A DNA stretch of 63,939 bases, the filler included, from Polymyxa betae A26-41 (taxonomy: Eukaryota > Protista > Endomyxa: Phytomyxea): NCBI GenBank assembly GCA_003693705.1. It is 7 parts of 7 records of this genome, joined end to end, with 100 filler letters (N's around TTAATTAATTAA, not from the genome) between each part and the next. Parts side by side here need not be neighbours in the genome. Positions count along the whole stretch, not along the records: positions 1 to 23,570 come from RBZT01000412.1; positions 23,671 to 35,738 come from RBZT01000116.1; 5 more parts are not named here. One strand, written 5' to 3'. The position numbers were made by a program, and so were the translations under genes. The notes under the pieces were generated by a model. The model saw only the letters and a list, made by a program, of their open reading frames with translations, ran no database searches and had not been told where the DNA came from. This document shows positions 23,197-35,738 of this stretch, piece after piece (the stretch's first letter is position 1; every line of letters begins with the position of its first letter).

Positions 23197-26100
23197 ATCA
23201 AAAGTTGGCGGTTTAAGACAGTGGGCACCATACTCGAACTTTGTTCGGAACTTGTATTGTTACCCTTTTTACTGATCTTTCTTCATTACAATCTGGCTGT
23301 ACAGGTCCCCCCAGTGAGTCATCGAATCAGCCTAGATGTTTTTCTATCCCTGGATGTGTTCGATTTCGTAACGAAATCTCTGCATCTCAAGGGCCCGCCT
23401 CTGTAACTTCTGCGCTGCTGGATTTGATACGGCGAGAAAATGGTGACTAAATTTTTATGGTTACAAAATAATTTGAACGGCCTCCTCAGTTGTAATAAAT
23501 AGTCAAGTTTCTGCAAAGCATCTTTTACTGCGAAACCTTTCTCAGCAACACTCCAGTTCCTCTCTGTAGCNNNNNNNNNNNNNNNNNNNNNNNNNNNNNN
23601 NNNNNNNNNNNNNNTTAATTAATTAANNNNNNNNNNNNNNNNNNNNNNNNNNNNNNNNNNNNNNNNNNNNCCATATCCAGGGTGAATAGCCTGGGCGCCA
23701 GGTTTTAACGCTATTTCAAGTATCTTCGATGCGACTGTACCGAAATAAGACGAAGTTTAAAACCTCTATGGCGACAAACACCGACATAAATACCTTTTAG
23801 CCGCAGGAGATTCATCGATGTGATATGCCTCATCATACATTTGACAATGCATTGAATTAACGTCAGCATCGCTGTAAACCTAATATCTGACTATACAAGT
23901 TTCCTTTCAGTCCATCACTGTAAACCAACCGCAACTGTTTTAATCCCAACTTTTTGGTTGTTCGAGCAATTCTGCAAGCGCCCCGATTTGCATTCAAGAT
24001 CCTGTCAAATGTTAAAGGCAATTCAAAAGCGAATCAATTAGGCTCTCAGCAGGTCAACGACGCCGCCTACCTGCTGATGTAAACAATGCCCTCGACGTTG
24101 ACCATTCAATGGATATCTAAATCTGAAACGATAAACTATGGTAGACATTTGCAACTGGCATGCAGCACGTTTTTTTTTTCCTCCGGAAGGTTTTTTAAGG
24201 TATTTGAGGAAAACCCTGCTTTTTCCCGCACTCTAAAGATATCTCGCGTATTCTCGTGGCGTCGATAGAGTGTCGAGACTCGAGACTGGAGACGTGAGGA
24301 AGACAATTCAATGGATGCCCTCGTGGTTGATCTCCTCGATAAAGAACGCACCCCCAGTTCAGGTGGTGAATCGCCACCCAGTATGTTAAGATTCCGGTCC
24401 CATAATAAAATTTTCGCGTAATAATTCACGATTATACAACAGATCAACTAATATCCCATTCATTCGAGCTTGAAACTGTGTTGCTGAATTCAGCGCTCCC
24501 TGAATAGATCTTGTTGGTGTGAATACAGCGCGATTTGTTATAAGAGAAAACATCTCCTGACACTCTTTTGCTAAAGGCATTATCCAAAATCCTTTAAAAG
24601 CATCCAGAAGAAACAAGTATCAAGATCCTGCTAAATTTCTTAAAATAGATTCAAGGAATGGCATTGGCTAAGCCGTAGCTTCACACAAAGCAATTGCAGC
24701 TCTCAAATCAACGCACATTCGAAATTCATGTTGTTTGCCAGGTTTTGCAACAACTAAAACTGGACTTGCCCATCGGCTATTGTAATTTTCATAGACAAAT
24801 CCATATGCTTGAGCTGTGATGCAAATTCATGCCAGAATTCACCTTTGCTCTTTTGTATATAGGCGAGCTTTACAGCGCACAGGTTTACATTCTGCAATTA
24901 ACTCTGTCTTCATTGGAGTTACTAATGCTGTCGGATCCGGTCCTAATTTCCGTCTCCATACATTTTTAACATTCATTAGTAAAAGTTTCACTTTGAATCT
25001 TTCCGACATTCCATTTGCGAGACAATCATTCACTTTCTGACTCAGCAAAATTTCAATGTCAGAATCGCAATCAATACCAAACTCAGGTAGTATTGAAAAT
25101 CATATTCATCACTGGTTTGATATTCAATAATCTGACTATCCTGTTTCATAATGAAATTATCCAATGCAGATTTTGGATCAATTCCAATTGTTCGCAATAG
25201 ATCATTCCCAAGAAAAACTTCATTTCTTGGTGTGTTCCAGATCAAGAGCGGTTAATCCGGAATAACAACATTCCCCGCCTTGGTCTGTAAAGTGATATCA
25301 AGGAGAACTTTCCTTGTAATTGTTGCAGTGGCATTATTTGCCAAAGTCACTGTCAATGGCTCTGGAAGCGGAATCATCCTTATGTCAATCCCTAACTTCA
25401 GGAACCCTCAACCAAAGACTCTGATATGATGGTAAGATCTGAACCGCTATCCAGAATGCCCACGCAATCTACTTGTCCATTAGCAAATTTCACTTTCACC
25501 GAAGCGTCATAGTTGCTTTGTCCATTCAAGCAGTCAGACTCCGAAATTCGCGCTACAAAAGCGTAAGAGGATTTTTTAATGTCTTTACTTCCTTTCTTCA
25601 TGTCACGTGACGTTTGAATATCTACTTCTGCTCTGTGACAGATGGTTGCAACGGGCACTCAGACATCCGCTGCCCGGGATAACGGCACTTGAAGCAGGTT
25701 AATTTCAGCTTAGAAAACCTTGTCGCAGAATTCGAACCCTTCGCATGGCCCATTTCAGAAGACTTTCGTTTATGAGAGCCTGGACCGCTCTGCATAACAA
25801 AATCACTCTCAAACATGGGAATCTGTTATCCTGCCTCTTTAAACAACAGCTCAGGGTTATTTTGAGGTTCAGGCCGCGTGATCTCCTCAATTGTGCGCAT
25901 ATGCTGTCGCAAACGATATGGTTGCAGCGCATTTAACATGAAGCGAACCCAATTCTTCTTGCCAGCATCATTGTTGAACACATCCTGCAGGTGTGTCGAC
26001 GGGTGATGTCATCCATCAAACATACAAGGGCGTCCAACCGAGCAAACGGTGACTTGGTATCCATATCCATTTTGAGCTCCTCCTTAAAGATGACATGGAC

Positions 26101-26709
26101 CCTCGAATGAGAAGTTTTGTCTTTCTTCACGTACTCTTTCAAAAAGCTGAACAGCACTTCACCTGTCAGCTGCTCTATATTCATTATTAAATGCCATTTG
26201 GCAATAATCTGTAATAATGAAGGGTTAATCATGGACGCAACATTGCCTGACCCAGGAATATGGCCAACACTGGCTCTACAAGCATCCTCCACACGGAGAA
26301 TATAAACGTGGTATTTCTCCAGCCAGCTCAAAGTTCATAAGTGTCAGTGGAGCGGAGCACAGAAGGGCGGCGTGCAGCGTACTCGTTTGGCGTGCAGGCA
26401 ACCTCATTCCTTTTTGAGAGCTCTTATGTGTCAGGGCAGACACAATCGGAGAGTCAGAGGCAGGAGACGAAGCGAAGTCAATGATGTTGTTTAGGAAAGG
26501 AGATTATCGGAATGAATGAATCTGGACATGGAGAGGTCCTTAAATACTCGTTCGGAACGTTTTAAGAACGTTCCGGCTACCATCTCGACTGGGCTGGAAA
26601 GAGCGTGGAAAGTGCGTGGAGCTTCCACCGAGGACGACAGCTTCTACTGGATGTACCATTAGAGGTGGCGTGCCTCCATTGGCTGCTGTCGGGGGCTGCC
26701 CCCCTGACA
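23197..26709 (-). mobile_element. Decayed Ty3/Gypsy retrotransposon (5' LTR, gag, PR, RT, RNase H)
   Basis: LTR 26429-26709 with TGTCAGGG/CCCTGACA ends; Gag MINPSLLQIIAKW..FKEELKMDM; CFKC..PGQRMSECP; GILDSGSD; LDAFKGFWIMPL..QGALNS; LDYLL..FKLFCNHKNL. PR-RT-RH order; spans an assembly gap. Confidence 0.85.
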
Positions 26710-26717
26710 TTATGCAG

Positions 26718-26926
26718 GCCAGAGAAAATTGTTTATTCCATGTCCATGGGGGATTAAATACGACGAATTAGTCAGGCAAAATCAGCTCCGAGATACTCCC
26801 GTGCAAATCGATTTTCCCGTAAGAATCAGGAAAATTGACGATTCTAGTTTAAAAATCGATTCTAAAAGGGGTTAATCCACCCCCGGATAATCGATTCTTG
26901 AAAAGATCCTAACTTTGATACCCCCT
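26718..26926. mobile_element. Partial MITE of the same family as 41029-41897
   Basis: Shares AGAAAATTGTTTATTCCATGTC...ATACGACGAATTAGTCA...GATCCTAACTTTGATA.CCCC with the 41-kb copy. Confidence 0.7.
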
Positions 26927-26934
26927 ATTTGACT

Positions 26935-27247
26935 CAAATGCTGCATTGTTTTCATTTGATCCAAGTGTTTCATTTGTTTCAAGTGTTCATTTGTTGCACT
27001 TGATTCAACTGTTTCATTTGTTTCATTTGTTTCATTTGTTTCAAATGTTGCATTTGTTGCATTTGTCATATGTTGCATTTGTTTCATATGTTTCATTTGT
27101 TTCATATGTTTCAGTTGTTTCATGTGTTTCATTTGCTTTAAATGATTCATTTGTTGCATTTGTTTCATTTGTTGCCACTGTTTCATTTATTGCTTTTGTT
27201 TCATTTGTTGCATTTGTTTCATATGTTGCATTTGTTTCATTTGTTTC
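26935..27247. repeat. 9-bp minisatellite (TGTTTCATT/TGTTGCATT variants), left part
   Basis: Direct tandem array; source of the spurious MKQ/ETN ORFs. Confidence 0.95.
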
Positions 27248-27453
27248 TATTAGATAAAATTATATATTTATTCACAGATCACCAGATCTATCAAGGCTAT
27301 CACTTCTCGGCTTCTATCAAAGCCATCCACTCCGCGATGACGCCGAGGCCAGCTCTGGCCATCTCTTTCGTTTGTGAATAAATTGAGACCTCACTTCGCT
27401 TACATTCTTCTATTTGTAACATCAATTCTTTTAGCGATCTTGTTCAACAGTTT

Positions 27454-28989
27454 ATGGGCCATCACGCCACCAACGCGATCTCAGGCGATACTGACGCCAA
27501 CATCGGCTCGGAAAGCGTCGTCAACCCGATCATCGACAACGACAACAATGCTGATGACGACGGCGCCGCCAACTCCCCGCAGCTAGGCGCTTCTTCGGAG
27601 GCCCAGCCCAGCAACCACGGCAAAACACCGCCACTTCAACATGGCAACGCCCAGCAGGGCTCGTCCACACTGACACAGCTAACACCAAACGCTGAGTCAC
27701 GCCATGACGCTTCCGCGTCATCGGCTACCAATGGGCAGCAACCGCAGCCCAGCCCGGTCGTACTGGCCCAGGGTTTCAGGACCCCAGGGCCCCCACGCAG
27801 GCGCACTCCGCCGGCCCTGGGTTACGCCGGCCCCTTTATCATGACCCCAGCCCCTCCTGGATTACGTCCCTGGCCGACGCCCGACTCGGGCGCGTCCTCC
27901 GCGGAATTTTCTCCTTCGTGGGAAAGCTCTGCTCTGTCGACCGCCCCGTTCGCTGGTGGTCTCTTCAACAGCTCGGCCCGGCCCGGCAACTTGCCGGCGG
28001 CGTCCGTGGCGAACCAGCAGCCTTCCTTCTGCTCTGGCGGGGACGACCACATCCTCCACGGCTACGACAACGCCTCATTCTCCCAGATCCGCCTCCCGCA
28101 GCCCTTCCCTCCACAGGAGCGGCTAAAAGGTGTCGACAACTACACCATCTGGCGAGATCGGCTCGAGAACAAGCTGCGACAGTGCAACCTCTATGATTTT
28201 ATCATAGATAACGACACCTGTCCCTACAGAAACGAGCACGGCTACTGCAGCTGTTACAAGGCCACGTCCTTCTTCCACGTCACGACTTCAGCGGCCCTTG
28301 GCTTCATCAAGGACCAGCTCAGCGACGAAGTCCTCCGCGGATCGCACTACGTGCAGACCCCCGCGCAATTACTCCGGCCTCTCGAGTCGGAATTCGGGTC
28401 CGGCAAGCCCGAACAGAAGGAGCTGCGATCTCTGCAGCTGGAGTCCGAACTCATGGCTCTTCCCTTCCCATCCGAACTCTCCAAGCTGGATACGTTCATC
28501 AACAGGGTCGACTCCCTGGCCGCGTCCATCGCCCAGCTCGGCGATACTCACATCACGGACCGGCGACTCGCAGTCATCATCGGGAACAAGCTCAACGACG
28601 CGAACGCCCTGAACGACATCACAAATCGCTCCCTGACATGGAGTGATCTCAAGATCCGCCTTCGGATGACTATGGCCGCTCAACGCAAAGGCCAGACGCC
28701 ATCCAACACGGCACCACACCCTGCTAAACGCCAACGGACCGGCAACAGCAAGGATGCTTGTACATTCTGCAGCAACAAGGGCCATTCTGAGCCCGACTGC
28801 CTGATCCGCAAGCAGAACATTGAGGCCTATCTACGCAAGAAGGCCGAAATGCAGAAATCCAAGGCCAAAGTTCCACACAACAAAGCCAAAAAGGATAAGA
28901 AAAGTGACCAAATCGGGTCATTAATCGAACACATGCTTAATAAACAGCCAAATTTGACGCTTATCCAAACGACTCCATTAGTAGTCTAG
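27454..28989 (+). CDS. gag: Copia Gag (intact 511-aa ORF with CCHC knuckle)
   Basis: LKGVDNYTIW Copia gag motif and CTFCSNKGHSEPDC zinc knuckle; starts within the PBS. Confidence 0.85.
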   Translation: MGHHATNAISGDTDANIGSESVVNPIIDNDNNADDDGAANSPQLGASSEAQPSNHGKTPPLQHGNAQQGSSTLTQLTPNAESRHDASASSATNGQQPQPSPVVLAQGFRTPGPPRRRTPPALGYAGPFIMTPAPPGLRPWPTPDSGASSAEFSPSWESSALSTAPFAGGLFNSSARPGNLPAASVANQQPSFCSGGDDHILHGYDNASFSQIRLPQPFPPQERLKGVDNYTIWRDRLENKLRQCNLYDFIIDNDTCPYRNEHGYCSCYKATSFFHVTTSAALGFIKDQLSDEVLRGSHYVQTPAQLLRPLESEFGSGKPEQKELRSLQLESELMALPFPSELSKLDTFINRVDSLAASIAQLGDTHITDRRLAVIIGNKLNDANALNDITNRSLTWSDLKIRLRMTMAAQRKGQTPSNTAPHPAKRQRTGNSKDACTFCSNKGHSEPDCLIRKQNIEAYLRKKAEMQKSKAKVPHNKAKKDKKSDQIGSLIEHMLNKQPNLTLIQTTPLVV

Positions 28990-29030
28990 GGATTGTAAAC
29001 CCTAAAAATTTAGGGGGCGACATTCAACTT

Positions 29031-32000
29031 ATGGTTGATAGCGGCTGTACATCACATGCCTTCGGAGACCGCAGCGCTTTCACTGACTATCAGGAACTGC
29101 CTCCTGACAGTAAACATGTTGCGACTGCAGCAAACTCCGTAGTCACTGTAGCAGGTACCGGCACTGTAAATCTTATTATTAATCAGCCGGATAACAGCAG
29201 CTCTATCCGTTTAACGTTACATCACGTAAATCACATTCCTGCTCTAACAAATAATTACTTTTCAGTAACAGCAGCGGCAGATAACGGAATTATAACAGTC
29301 TTTGACGACTGTGAGGTTCGACTTTACACTATGCCAACAAAACAGCTTATCGCTATCGGCAAAAGAAATGGAGACCTTTATTTCTTAATTGGCTATACAA
29401 TAAATATCAATATTATTGCGAAGTTACATTCCCTATCCTTGTCCAATAAGGCCTCCACAACCATATGGCACGCTCGTTTAGGACATACTAATAAACAGCG
29501 ACTGTTACAATTGGCAAGGGGAATGGCAGTAGGAATGCAGCTTAACAAGGATAAGCTATCTTTCTGCTCATCCTGCATTCACGGAAAAGGAACTCGAACT
29601 CCTTTCCGAACACATTCTTACCTCTAAAAAGCTAAAACTGTCCTTGGAAGAATCTCACCCGACTTATGCGGTCCTATGAGAATCCCTGCTTCTGAAGGTG
29701 AACGCTCTATGATGATCATTCTTGATCAGTATACCCATTATGCGGAAACATACTGTATTAAAGATAAATCTCAGGCATTTTCATGCTTTAAAATGTATCG
29801 TAAACGTGCGCAAACCCAGCACAATGCAAAAATACAGATACTACGCATAGATGGAGGGGGCGAATTCAATTCAAATGAACTATTAAGTTTATTGAATAAC
29901 AAAGGCATTCGCGTAGAGCGTACAGTGCCATATAGCTCCAAAGAGAACCCTCAATCGGAGCGCATTAATCGATCGATCCTTGACATGGCTCGATGCACTT
30001 TACACTTCTCAGGGAACCACGAGTGTTCTGGCGCGAGTCTGTACATTTTGCGACATACGTCCAAAACATTAGCCCTACGAAGGCGCTTAATAAACATACA
30101 CCTTATGAATTATGGTTCGGACATAAGCCAGACTTATCAAAAATGAGAACATTTGGCTGCAAAGCCTATGCAATCATTCCGGAAAATTAACGTCACAAAC
30201 TAAGTGATAGAGCCATAGAATGCGTATTCTTAGGCCACGATGACACAGGCACAGGTTATATCCTTTACGATAACGCGCGCGAACGTTTTTTCAAAAGCCG
30301 CGATGTTCGCTTCAATGAAGAGGAATATCCCTTCCGCGAACTAAATCAATCTGATGATCTGTTCGACTTTGAAACAGAAGATCCATCGGACGAAACATTT
30401 GTCCACGATGATCAGTCAGAAAGGATAGATCTTCCTGACCCGAGCAAACTTGAAGATGAGGACGAAGAATCAGACGATTCTGTCATAAATGGCCCTCACC
30501 AGGCAGCCTCTCCCGACGGTTCTGCTAGTCAAACCACGACGATTACCATCCCGTCAGCAATAAAACCTAGTCACCTCACACCTACTTCTGGTGGTTCCGA
30601 AGAGGTACAAGATGACCAGGATTCCGAAAGCCAACCCAATATCGCTTCCAGGCGCTCAACGCGTAAACGGAAACTGCGCGATACAGGATTCTACGTTAAT
30701 AACAGCTTCATTAATTCTGTTACGATAAAACGCTCTCACGGTAAAATTCCAATACCGAGATCTGTAACGGAGGCTCTCAGAAGCCAGTATGCTGCCGAGT
30801 GGAAACAGGCTATCGACGCACGCCGAAAATGGCACATGGTCATTGGTGGACGCACCTGATAATGATCGGCACATTATAGGATCGATGTGGGTATTTGCTG
30901 TAAAATACAATCATACAGACGGATCAGTTGATCGTTTTAAGGCACGTTTAGTTGACAGAGGCGACTCCCAAGTACCAGGTATAGATTACGTTGAAACGTA
31001 TGCACCTGTGGCCGATTTCACCTCATTCCGGATGCTAATCGCATTAGCTACCCATCTTGACCTTGATCTCGAACATATCGACATCACGACATCCTATTTA
31101 AAAGGCGACATTGATACTGAGATCTACATGAAACAGCCACCCGGCTACCATGATAAGAGTCATAAAAATAAAGTCTGCAAACTGCACAAGTCGATTTATG
31201 GACTTAAACAAGCAGGACGAATCTGGAATTCAGTATTCCATTCATTTTTAATAAGATGTGGCTTTTTACGCTGTAAAACAGACGACTGTGTCTATATATC
31301 ACATCTCAATAACAACAGGATTCTATTAGTCCTAGTTTATGTTGATGATTTAATTGCAGCTAGCAATTCCAAAACTGCATTGGAAGAGCTCAAATCCAGG
31401 ATGAAAAACCGATTTAAGGTCACATTCCTTGGAGCATTATCATGTTTCCTAAACATCGAAGTCATTCGAGACCGCAAAAACCATACCACTTGGTTAAGGC
31501 AACGTCAATACACAGAAGAGATTCTCACTGAATTTCGTATGAATGACTGCAACCCAACGGCAACACCCGAAATTCCGAACACTCGTTTACATTCGGGAAT
31601 GTCTCCGCAGACCGAACAGGATCGGATATATATTTGCAAAATCCCCTATCGCGCCGCGGTGGGATCTTTAATATATTTGGCCTCCAAAACACGGCCAGAT
31701 ATCGCTCATGCAGTACAGCAAGTCTCTCAGTTTTGTTCCAATCCGGGCAAGTCACACTGGGACGCTGTCAAATACATTTCCGATACCTGCAAGGGACTAA
31801 AAACCTAGGCTTGGAATACGACGGAAGGTCTAACTTACTACACGCCTATTTCGGCGAAGGACCGACCAATGTTCCGTCATGCGCCATGTTTGCCGACTCT
31901 GATTGGGCAGGCGACCTCGACAAGCGCAAATCCGTCAGTGGTTTCGTGTTTATCTTACACGGAGGAGTCATTGAATACTCTTGCAAAAAGACGGTGAATA

Positions 32001-32330
32001 CCCCACTGTCATCCACTGAAGCCTGGCAAAAGGCTACGACATCTCCTTGCGGAAATAGGATTCCCTATGACCACCCCACTCGTTATCTTTGAAGATAATA
32101 AAGGATGTATAAGCTTTGGCTATAATAGCGGAAACAAATCTGCCATGAGGCATATTGAAACCAAATACTGGTTCCTTTGCGAAGAAATTGAAAAACACAA
32201 TTTCGCTCTCAAAAAGATTGCATCAGCTGACAACTTAGCTGGCATCTTTACAAAAGGACTTTCCAAAGTCAAATTTACCGATCTCAGGACCCGGCTAAAT
32301 CTTAAGCCAGTCCCACAGATCAGACTCTAA
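29031..32330 (+). pseudogene. pol: Copia pol (PR-IN-RT-RH) with multiple stops and frameshifts
   Basis: Motifs in ORFs 29031-29627, 29676-30146, 30789-31808, 31634-32092 and 32067-32330. Confidence 0.9.
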
Positions 32331-32708
32331 TGTTAAGGCATGGGTTTTTTTAGTGGGTAGTAAACTACATTGAGCCCCACAGTACCACGGAATCTCTTTC
32401 GTGCGTCTCCGTAAATGGATTTTTTCCCAAGTCTCAACATCTTGTCTCTAAATTTTATCTTCTTTTCTCCAGTCAAGAACTCTACGAGATCTAAACTGAG
32501 GGGGCGTGTTAGATAAAATTATATATTTATTCACAGATCACCAGATCGATCAAGGCTATCACTTCTCGGCTTCTATCAAAGCCATCCACTCCGCGATGAC
32601 GCCGAGGCCTGCTCTGGCCATCTCTTTCGTTTGTGAATAAATTGAGACCTCACTTCGCTTACATTCTTCTAATTGTAACATCAATTCTTTTAGCGATCTT
32701 GTTCAACA

Positions 32709-33158
32709 GTTTCATATGTTGCATTTGTTTCATTTACTTTTGTTGCATTTGTTGCATTTGTTTCATATGTTGCATTTGTTTCATTTTTTTCATATGTTGC
32801 ATTTGTTTCTTATGATTCAAATGTTTCAAATGTTTCATATGTTTCATTTGTTTCATTTGTTTCATATCTTGCATTTGTTTCATTTGTTGCAATAGTTTCA
32901 TATGTTTCATTTGTTTCATATGTTTCATTTGTTGCATTTGTTTTGATATGTTTGCCATGTTTCATATGTTTCAAATGTTTCATCTGTTTCATTTGTTTCA
33001 GTTGTTGCATTTGTTTCATATGATTCATTTGTTTCATATGTTTCATATGTTTCAAATGTTTCATTTGTTTCATTTGTTTCATTTCATTTGTTTCATTTGA
33101 TTCATTTGTTTTGTTTCATTTGCTTCAAATGAGTCATTCGTTTCAAATGCTTCATTTA
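32709..33158. repeat. 9-bp minisatellite, right part
   Basis: Same unit as 26935-27247. Confidence 0.95.
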
Positions 33159-33236
33159 TGAGGAGTTTGATATCAAAATTACTGTCCAAAAACGTTGTCT
33201 AGAAGATGACGGAGAGAATGTTAAGAAAAAACCTTC

Positions 33237-34218
33237 TGTGCGGTCCAAGGGCTCCAAGGTCCAGCTTGTGGCAATCTGTCGTTCAAGCCTGAGACGATTG
33301 CACGAAGAGATATTGAAGATGAGTCTGTATTAATTTATGCGTACTCAAGCCCTTAGTAAATCCAGAAATTTATCGGAGTTGATTGATAGCCAAAGTATGC
33401 GTAAATTAGAGCGATACAATATCCAATATTGTTACACTCCCATTCTTCTCTTAAATCACCGAGAACAAGAAGCACCTGGGACATTACAGTAAGCGGCGGC
33501 ATTAAAATCCATCAGGGCTCTAATGGAAAAGCATACCACGTTAAGCAAAGTCCACTTCTTGATACTTTCTAGGACAATGTCTGCCAAAGGGTGGCGAGAC
33601 AACTTTAAAATCTGATGAAACTTCTGGACTGAGACAGGAACGTCTTTCCAGAGATTTTGTAAGGGCTCCCAAGTGCCCTCTGTTTGGGAAAAGCCCTTCC
33701 AATCTACAAGCAGCTCTATCTAATGACTCTCTGAGTCAAGTCGGCAATCTCTAAATTGCTCAACTTCATAGCTTGCATTATCATAAGCAAATTGGTCCTG
33801 AATCTCTTCAGTAATATTTAATTTGTTATCCGCATAGTATCTCAATCGGTCCCCGTGAATAACCTTCTTGAGGCCATCTATTATATTTCCAACTTCGAAG
33901 ATATAATTATTCTTCACGTCAGTAATACGGAATGGACCCTTCCACAGAAAGAACAATTTCCTGCCTGGTCTTCTTACAGGATCAGGATCCCCAACCAAGA
34001 CAAAGTCCTCAACTATAAAATTAGGTTCTCTTCTAAAGATTCGAGGTTGTGTGCGATTCTTTCAACGCTGATCCTCTGAAGTAATTACTATTCGCCTATG
34101 CATCTGTGCTCACGAATCTTGTAATTGCTTAACTTCCTGTAGGAGCTTGTCTAGCGGAATTCTCTCATACTGAAGTGTATCCTTTCTAACTCTGGCAAAT
34201 ACACTATTTAATGGGCTG
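33237..34218 (-). mobile_element. 3' end of a chromodomain-bearing Gypsy (integrase C-terminus, chromodomain, PPT, 3' LTR about 33237-33436)
   Basis: WKGPFRI (GPY/F motif), YEVEQF...LLVDWKGF..EGTWEP; GAATGGGAG followed by TGTAACA on the minus strand. Confidence 0.8.
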
Positions 34219-35738
34219 TGTAGCAAATTATTACTTTAATATAAGAAAATACAAGAAGAGTTTGCAAGTTTTCAAGCTACGACGAAGCTGCGCTAAGATT
34301 CGCCCGCGGAGTCCTACGGACACCGTGACGGCCTTTGGGTCCTGGAAGTTCCCATGGTAGAAATACAGATTCATTATTGATTTTACCTTCATTCCCGTGT
34401 ATCTGATCGTAGAATCGAGACGATTGCTACAAAGAATTCTTTTAGTCAGATGGATACCTTGATGACAACATCGGATGAAGATCCTCTATATGATGAAATC
34501 GACGAACAAATAATCTACGACTATGAAACACCCACTGAAGATGACGGGATGGCAGACAGAGGGTCTGTCCAAATCGTTGAAGATGAAGTCAGTCAGCGAA
34601 TGCAGACTGACAATGACGACCAGGGCACTGGCAATAGCCGGAATACACCCAACAGCGATGAGATCGAGGCTAATCATAGCCGCCAGATGACCAACGGCGG
34701 AAACCAGGGCATGGCCTCGGGAAACCTAGCCGTCGTGGAGACGAATCTCGCCCCAGTATTGCGGAAGCTGGATCGCAAAGCGATCTTGAAATTCGTTGAA
34801 AACCGGGAGCGTTACTTGCGTAATTTTCGCGATGCGAACACTGCAGGTAGGCCACGTTAATTGGTGTCGATGATCGAGACAACTATGCTCGAGACGATCT
34901 GCGAATGCGATCTCGGTATCTCCGCTGAAATCGCTACCGATGAAGACCTCGAATCATGGATCAATACTGCCTTGATAGATGACCGGTCGCAAGACTCTCA
35001 AATAGAGAAGAAGATGAAGAAGATGAAGATGAATCTGAGCACCGAAGCTCTAAAATTACGGGTCACTGACCTATTTTCCCAATTCAATAAAATTGTCAAA
35101 GACAATGGTTGGAAGCATCTTTTTGCCGATGAGGATGGGCAGAAGATGAAGATCCGGTTTCTTGTAAATGCAATCGAACCGAAAGAGTTGAAGACGATCA
35201 TTAAGAATAAGATGAAGATTGAGGCCCGGTTCACGAAACAGCCCACGGCTTTTCTGCTGTTACTACGCGAAAAAACTGTGAACCATGAAGAATCACGGAC
35301 GCTGAACAAGGCAGATGACGCTGACGAAAAGAAAATGAAGAAGAATTACCGTAAGCGCCCGATTGATGATGAAAAAAGGAGATGAAGAAGACGAAAGGCG
35401 AAGCGAAGAGCAGCATGCCAGACCGCTCCAACACGCTGTGTTTTAAATGTAAGAAATATGGCCATGGATGATTCAAATGTCCAGAAGACCTGTGCTCCCA
35501 GAGCCGATAGACCGAGATAGATCTACTCAAAAGGTGGCGATAGTCGGGTCAACAGAACTCAACCAATTTATTGAACCAACGGCTGTTACCAAGGACGTTA
35601 CGGGACCACTATCAGCTGATGTTACAAATACCACTGCGACACCATCTCACACAGTAACGTGTCCAGAATCTCCGAGACCGGCCTCCTCTTGCAACGATGT
35701 CGTTGTCGTTACCAAGAACAGCTTGGAGCCACCTGTCG
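34219..35738 (+). mobile_element. 5' part of a Ty3/Gypsy element (LTR 34219-34431 plus gag with internal stops)
   Basis: TGTAGCAA/TTGCTACA LTR ends; Gag APVLRKLDRKAILKFVENRERY..MIETTMLETIC..KMKMNL..LVNAIEPKEL; CFKCKKYGHG..KCP. Confidence 0.85.

Larger units (their letters stand above)
27248..32708 (+). mobile_element. Full-length Ty1/Copia LTR retrotransposon (decayed pol) inserted in the minisatellite
   Basis: 202-bp LTRs 27248-27449 and 32507-32708 (4 differences seen; 5' LTR starts TA); TSD GTTTC; PBS GTTTATGGGCC; PPT GAGGGGGCG; PR (VDSGCTSH), IN (IDGGGEF), RT (YVDDL), RH (FADSDWAG). Confidence 0.95.

Noticed and set aside
23571-23670. TTAATTAATTAA inside N runs (also about 35783, 43065, 50746, 58263, 62009)
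   Set aside because: Identical six-frame-stop spacer in the middle of gaps: an assembly or scaffolding artefact, not biology.
26872-27381. MKQ-, ETN- and FHL-repeat ORFs (also 32734-33082)
   Set aside because: Translations of a 9-bp minisatellite, open in several frames on both strands, with no independent coding evidence.
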